A stretch of DNA of 64,000 nt, from the NCBI GenBank assembly GCA_016840855.1, contig JAEORO010000060.1, forward strand, positions 1 through 64,000, read 5' to 3'. The DNA comes from Candidatus Thorarchaeota archaeon (GTDB lineage: Archaea > Asgardarchaeota > Thorarchaeia > Thorarchaeales > Thorarchaeaceae). The position numbers and the translations under genes are program-made. Shown in pieces: positions 59,062-64,000 of this stretch. The notes beneath the pieces were generated by a model, which saw nothing but the letters and a program-made list of their open reading frames with translations, ran no database searches and had not been told where the DNA came from. The stretch's first letter is position 1. The number at the start of each line of letters is the position of its first letter.

Positions 59062-60357
59062 ATAGAAATAGGAACAGACTTCGACCAGAGTGCAGCCAAA
59101 TATGTCATTCGCGCTAGAATCGACATCGAAGGTGTGGTTGACAAACCTGATGTTGTTGGAGCTATATTTGGACAGACTGAAGGGCTACTCGGAGAAGACC
59201 TTGATTTACGGGAACTTCAGCGTACTGGTCGTATTGGAAGAATTCAGATTGTGATAAAATCAGAAGGTGGAAACAGTACTGGAGAGATTGTGATTCCAGT
59301 TTCGTTGAACAAGACTGCTACAGCGATTCTTGCTGCGTCATTGGAAACTGTTGATCGAGTAGGCCCATGCACTGCAAAAGTAACTCTTGAGAAGCTAGAG
59401 GACATAAGGGGTGCAAAGAGGAGAAAAGTAGTAAGCAGAGCAATTAGCATCTTGAAAGGATGGGAAGAAGATATCTCACCTGGTACTGATGAGATACAGA
59501 CTGCTGTTACTAAAGGGAGTAAAGTTTCGGTATCAAAATATGGTCCAGATAGCCTACCAGCAGGCCCAGGGCTGAATGAAAGCTCTGACATCATAATTGT
59601 TGAGGGTAGAGCTGATGTCATCAATCTCATGAAATGTGGAATAACAAACACAGTTGCTGTAGAGGGAACTCACATTCCTAAGAGTATTGTAGATCTCACA
59701 AAGAAAAGAGGAAAGAAAATCGTCGCTTTCCTTGATGGAGATAGAGGTGGAGACCTAATTCTAAGAGAATTAATGCAAGTAGCAAAAGTCCACTTTATTG
59801 CAAGAGCTCCGGAAGGAAAAGAGGTTGAGGATTTGACACGGAAAGAGGTCACAAAAGCACTTCAGGCTCAGATACCGGCTGACCAAGCACTCGCATTAGT
59901 AAAAGAGAGAAAGGTAACTCCAACAAAGAAAAAGCGACCAGGAAAGAAAGTCGCAAGAACTAGAAGGGAACCGAAGCTAGTAGGTGAATTTCAAGAACCA
60001 GAAATGGTTGATGAAGAACAAGCTCCAAGCCGTCGAAGAGCAGTGACGAGAAGAATACCAGTAACTGTTGATGAAGTATATGTTTCTAGAATTGGGAACA
60101 TTAAAGAGTCTTTCAAAGCTCTTCTGTTCGGAGAGGACAAGCAGGTCATAGTAGAATGTGGAGTAGCTGAACTAGCAAAAACTCTAGAAGAGCAAGAAAA
60201 GGTACCTACAATTGTATTCGATGGCGTAATTACACAACGACTAGTTGACATTGCAAGTAAGAAAAGGACTGAGCTGATGATTGGAGCAGCTGTTGCAGAT
60301 ATTGAAAATAAACCTAGTAGTATGAAGATTGTCACTTTTGATGACTTAGGTCATTAA
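59062..60357 (+). CDS. dnaG: Archaeal DnaG (TOPRIM primase-like, exosome-associated); probable ATA start
   Basis: KYVIRARI...GVVDKPDVVGAIFGQTEGLLG, LRELQ..GRIGRI, IIVEGRADV, DGDRGG, FDGVITQRL. Confidence 0.93.
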   Translation: MEIGTDFDQSAAKYVIRARIDIEGVVDKPDVVGAIFGQTEGLLGEDLDLRELQRTGRIGRIQIVIKSEGGNSTGEIVIPVSLNKTATAILAASLETVDRVGPCTAKVTLEKLEDIRGAKRRKVVSRAISILKGWEEDISPGTDEIQTAVTKGSKVSVSKYGPDSLPAGPGLNESSDIIIVEGRADVINLMKCGITNTVAVEGTHIPKSIVDLTKKRGKKIVAFLDGDRGGDLILRELMQVAKVHFIARAPEGKEVEDLTRKEVTKALQAQIPADQALALVKERKVTPTKKKRPGKKVARTRREPKLVGEFQEPEMVDEEQAPSRRRAVTRRIPVTVDEVYVSRIGNIKESFKALLFGEDKQVIVECGVAELAKTLEEQEKVPTIVFDGVITQRLVDIASKKRTELMIGAAVADIENKPSSMKIVTFDDLGH

Positions 60358-60478
60358 TACTGATAGAGTAGTGGCCTTGTATCAATTCAAGGCCATACCA
60401 CTTTCTAATTCAGCTTAGATAATCGAGTAATACTCACAATTATCTCACTGCTCTCTTGATTCATTATATGCAGTAGAC

Positions 60479-61933
60479 ATGAGGTTTTCGAGCGTGATGT
60501 CAATCATCGATGGGTTGGAAACAACTGAGCAAGTGAAAACAACCAAAGATCCATTTCAGATGATTGTAGGCCAAGAACATGCTGTATCCTTGGTTCGATC
60601 CGCAGTTAAACAACGAAGACATGTCCTGCTCTGTGGCGTGCCTGGCATTGGCAAGTCAATGTTAGCAAAAGCAGCATATTCGCTTCTTGATCAGCCTAAA
60701 GATGAGATTGTCCTTCGATATGATCCACTTCATCCTGACAGACCTCAAGTGATAGTCAATCGACCAACTTACTCAAATATGAAAAAGACAAAGGCAGAGA
60801 GTCGTATTCGTGATTTGTTTTACATTACTCCTGATAGACTCCCGTTCGATGTATCAATCAAAATGGGCTTTAGGTGTCCCTCATGTGGTCACATATCTAA
60901 CCCTGAAGCCAGTGTATGCGTCAATTGCGAGTCCGAAAAAAGGTTTGATTGGGCCCCTGGAGAATCCTATCATGGATTATTCAGAATGCTTGATGTTGTT
61001 CGGGAACCAGCACTCAAAACTATAACAGCACTTGAAGAAATCAGTGGTGAAACCTTTCATATCACGTATGAGCGAGTCGAGTCTGGTGAAGTCAAAGTAA
61101 CTCAACAAAGAATGACATCAGAAGAGAAGCGTCAGGTTGCGAGCCAAAATCATCAGGAGAGAGTTCTTGTTGCGCTTGATTCGATTCGTTATATTCGAGT
61201 TAGTGGAGCGAGTCCAGTCGAGCTGTTGGGAGATGTGAAACACGATCCTTATGGAAGTGCTGAAACCATTGGATTAGCGGCACATCAGCGAGTAGTGCCT
61301 GGGGCAATACATGAGGCACATGAAGGAATTCTCTACATCGACGAGATTGCATCACTTGGTAGCTATCAAAGTCACTTATTGACTGCAATGCAAGACCGGA
61401 TTTACCCAATCTCAGGACATAACCCATTAAGCTCAGGGGCCGCTGTACGTGTCGATAATGTACCCTGTGATTTTATCCTGTTTGCATCGTGCAACTTGGA
61501 AAATCTCAAGAACATACTGCCGCCACTTAGATCACGAATTCGGGGTTATGGATATGAAATCATGCTTGACTCTTGGGTCTCAAAGAGTCAGGAGATCATT
61601 AATGATTTCGTGCGATTCATGTCACAAACCGTGGAGGAAGATGGAAGAATTCCACATTTAACTGTGAAAGCTGTGGAGCGTGTTCTTGAGGTTGCAGAAG
61701 AGATGGCATTTCGACTTGATGGTCAGAAAGATGCATTAACATTGCGTCTGCGTGAGCTTGGGGGACTCATCAGGATAGCAGGTGATATCGCAGTGAGAGA
61801 TGGGAGTGACCTGGTTCTTCAAGGTCATGTTCAACAAGCAGAAGTTTTGAGCAAGGGTATCGATGAGAGTAATCTCCAGATTATGCGACACAAAAATCAA
61901 GAATCAGCAATTAGCAGAGACTATTTCTTCTAA
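60479..61933 (+). CDS. LonB-type AAA+ ATPase lacking the protease domain, with Zn-ribbon insert
   Basis: GQEHA, GVPGIGKS, LLGDVKHDPY, GAIHEAHEGILYIDEI, PLRSRIRGYGYE, LRELGGLIR; ends after the lid domain. Confidence 0.85.
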   Translation: MRFSSVMSIIDGLETTEQVKTTKDPFQMIVGQEHAVSLVRSAVKQRRHVLLCGVPGIGKSMLAKAAYSLLDQPKDEIVLRYDPLHPDRPQVIVNRPTYSNMKKTKAESRIRDLFYITPDRLPFDVSIKMGFRCPSCGHISNPEASVCVNCESEKRFDWAPGESYHGLFRMLDVVREPALKTITALEEISGETFHITYERVESGEVKVTQQRMTSEEKRQVASQNHQERVLVALDSIRYIRVSGASPVELLGDVKHDPYGSAETIGLAAHQRVVPGAIHEAHEGILYIDEIASLGSYQSHLLTAMQDRIYPISGHNPLSSGAAVRVDNVPCDFILFASCNLENLKNILPPLRSRIRGYGYEIMLDSWVSKSQEIINDFVRFMSQTVEEDGRIPHLTVKAVERVLEVAEEMAFRLDGQKDALTLRLRELGGLIRIAGDIAVRDGSDLVLQGHVQQAEVLSKGIDESNLQIMRHKNQESAISRDYFF

Positions 61934-61960
61934 CGTGTAGACCAGCCAAGAGGTGACCGT

Positions 61961-63049
61961 TTGAAAATCATAAAACAAATCCTGAAGGAAGGCAGGATTG
62001 TTCTGAAGATTGAAACATTGGATGACCTTTGGCATCTATATAATACAGTTGGTCCCAACGATGTTGTTATTTCAAAGACTTCTCGAAGAGTTCGGATAGG
62101 AGATGAAGATAGCCGAAAACAAGAGAGCACACGAAAGACAATGGTGCTTAAGTTGCAGGTGGAAGAGGTTTCTTTCCATAACTTTTCCAATAGAGTGCGG
62201 CTAAAGGGCTTGATTCTCGAAGGTCCAGATGACCTTGTCAACATTGGTTCATATCATACTATCAATGTTGAAACAGGTGACACTCTGACAATTATTAAAG
62301 AGCATTGGCCAAAGTATGTGCTTGACAGACTCAAAGAAGCAATGAAAGCTCAGCTCCGGCCAATGTGCCTTATTGTGACTATTGAAGATGGTACTGCAGA
62401 GCTATTTCTAGCAGCAGACTCTGGTATTCAAGAAACAGTGCGGGTTCGAATGAGTATCTCTAGAAAAAGAGGAGATCAGAAATCATATGATGCCACAATG
62501 AGAGATTTCTTTGCAGATACACTTCTAGCATTGCAATCTCAAATGGAGCAGCATGAATTTGGTCTGATTGTCATTGCAGGACCGGGGTTTGTCAAAGACC
62601 ATTTCAGAGATTTTTTGATGGCTGCAAAATTGAAGGCGTTGCCCCCTATTGTCGTTGAGAGCACAAACTCGATAGGAGTCCCAGGAGCTAAAGAAATACT
62701 CTATCGGGGGGTCATTTCAAAAGCCGTGACTGAATTGAAGGTGGAAACTGAAACTCGTCTTGTTGAATCACTGATTGAACACATCTCGAAAGATGATGGC
62801 CTTGGAGCATATGGAACTGATGAAGTTGCCAACGCTGTACAATATGGAGCCGTGGAAGAGTTACTTATTACAGACAAGAAGCTCAGAGAGGGAGAAGACA
62901 AAGAAAGACGCTGGATGGACTCACTGATTAGAGACACTGAAAAGACTCGAGGCTCATTCCATATTGTATCTACGGAGCATCCTGCTGGGGATCAGCTTCA
63001 ACGTCTGGGAGGGATTGCTGCAATATTACGCTTCAAAATCACACATTGA
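61961..63049 (+). CDS. pelA: mRNA surveillance protein Pelota/Dom34
   Basis: ETLDDLWHL, G.YHT, AGPGFVK, AYG, GAVE.LL, LGGIAAILRF. Confidence 0.95.
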   Translation: MKIIKQILKEGRIVLKIETLDDLWHLYNTVGPNDVVISKTSRRVRIGDEDSRKQESTRKTMVLKLQVEEVSFHNFSNRVRLKGLILEGPDDLVNIGSYHTINVETGDTLTIIKEHWPKYVLDRLKEAMKAQLRPMCLIVTIEDGTAELFLAADSGIQETVRVRMSISRKRGDQKSYDATMRDFFADTLLALQSQMEQHEFGLIVIAGPGFVKDHFRDFLMAAKLKALPPIVVESTNSIGVPGAKEILYRGVISKAVTELKVETETRLVESLIEHISKDDGLGAYGTDEVANAVQYGAVEELLITDKKLREGEDKERRWMDSLIRDTEKTRGSFHIVSTEHPAGDQLQRLGGIAAILRFKITH

Positions 63050-64000
63050 TTATAACGGGTTGAAAAGCGTCTGAAGTCGGTCCCATGTAGGATATTCAAA
63101 TGCAATACCAATCTCGAGATTCTTGATGTTTCTAAGTAGTTCTTTGAGCTGTTCTGATATCTCTTCTAAAACCCAAGGAGCTACTTCGACCCTCATCCTT
63201 GTTTCATCCATATTATGAAGGTCAGAGGGGACATCGAATTGACTTTGAAGAATTGTACATATTTTTGCCAATTGTTCATGATCAAGTTGGCTCCCATGAA
63301 CTGCTCGTATTACTCCAAGAATAAGTAGAGGATCATTCTCATCTCGCTCCTCAAATTCTCTTATCGTTTGTTCGAGCCTACGCTCAAGTCTTCTTCTCAT
63401 CTGGATGGCGTCCTTGTAATGAGCAGAGCAAAAATGCACTGAGAGCTTCTGAAGATTGTGCACAGACCATTCTAGGACTTCTTTGGCAGTTGAGGCACTA
63501 CCCTCAATGCTTGAACTCCTCATATTCGTCAAACGTAATCCCATTGATACCAGTTTACTAAAGTTAGTTTCACTAGCTTCCAACTCGTTTATGTTAAGGA
63601 AAGAAACCCCAATCTCTTCGGCTCTTTTTGCAACTTTCTTTAGGTCTTCACCTTTTCTGGGGATAGCTGGAACCTCAAGACCAACCATCATATCCATGTC
63701 TACCGCTCGTTGAATTCCTGACCAATCATTGGTCTGCGGATGAAATCGAATCTCATCAAGTCCAGCATCGTGAAGTTTGTTCAAGACTTTCTGACTGACA
63801 TCGGTCTGACTTGTGTATAGATGAAGGTGAAATCCGGAACCAAATTCCTGTTTCAATAGTGAGATGTACTTCAAAGTACGCTCTAGATCGCAGAGTGGGT
63901 CACCTCCACTGATACCCGCTCCTTCGCCTCTGATTGCTCGTGCTTCAAAGAGAATATCAGCATCGTCAATTACAGGCATCTCGTCTGCGAAAGCATTCTC
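63050..64000 (-). CDS. Radical SAM protein (COG2108-like), 5' end outside window
   Basis: GISGGDPL, HLHLYT, AGLDEIRFHP, E.PAIP, FLNINELE.SETN, HFC...KD..Q; frame open to window end. Confidence 0.82.
   Translation of the reverse strand, partial: ENAFADEMPVIDDADILFEARAIRGEGAGISGGDPLCDLERTLKYISLLKQEFGSGFHLHLYTSQTDVSQKVLNKLHDAGLDEIRFHPQTNDWSGIQRAVDMDMMVGLEVPAIPRKGEDLKKVAKRAEEIGVSFLNINELEASETNFSKLVSMGLRLTNMRSSSIEGSASTAKEVLEWSVHNLQKLSVHFCSAHYKDAIQMRRRLERRLEQTIREFEERDENDPLLILGVIRAVHGSQLDHEQLAKICTILQSQFDVPSDLHNMDETRMRVEVAPWVLEEISEQLKELLRNIKNLEIGIAFEYPTWDRLQTLFNPL

Noticed and set aside
58962-59144. 60-aa ORF on the - strand
   Set aside because: Antisense to the dnaG N-terminus; no recognisable features.
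63050-64000. Radical SAM protein as the activase of the glycyl radical enzyme
   Set aside because: Its motifs match a widespread archaeal COG2108-like family, it lies ~25 kb away, and its N-terminus is outside the window.
1-64000. CRISPR arrays, transposases, integrases or prophage, and the many short ORFs nested within long genes
   Set aside because: I saw no regularly spaced repeats or mobile-element motifs by eye; the nested ORFs overlap well-supported genes and lack motifs.

Overview
A 64-kb, gene-dense archaeal chromosomal segment. The gene content (Rpc34/TFE-beta-like protein, eS30, SmAP3-type Lsm, Urm1-like modifier, H4MPT C1 enzymes, RHH-ftsZ, intron-rich tRNAs) points to an Asgard archaeon, probably Thorarchaeia; this assignment is inference. 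It is mostly housekeeping: RNA modification and translation genes (trm1, rlmE, gar1, srp19, elp3, fibrillarin, nop5, archease, rpl3-4-23-2, eS30, pelota, two map genes), pyrimidine synthesis, acetate/CoA metabolism, ftr/fwdC/mch, five tRNAs with seven introns in total, and a stand-alone 5S rRNA. I saw no CRISPR array, transposase or integrase. The most striking unexplained signal is a ~750-nt interval (58297-59045) with no credible ORF. It folds by eye into several nested helical domains with + strand G-U pairs and a cUUCGg loop, carries a dense AUCAU/YCAY repeat cluster, and lies directly upstream of a dnaG that appears to start at a non-canonical ATA codon, followed by a protease-less Zn-ribbon Lon-type ATPase and pelota. 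Other highlights are a HypD-like glycyl radical enzyme with CVT in place of CxE, a CoA-transferase-GNAT fusion beside acs, a structured leader before rpl3, and a tRNA-Ser intron that looks like a local duplication. All product calls come from motif recognition by eye; no searches or folding programs were run.
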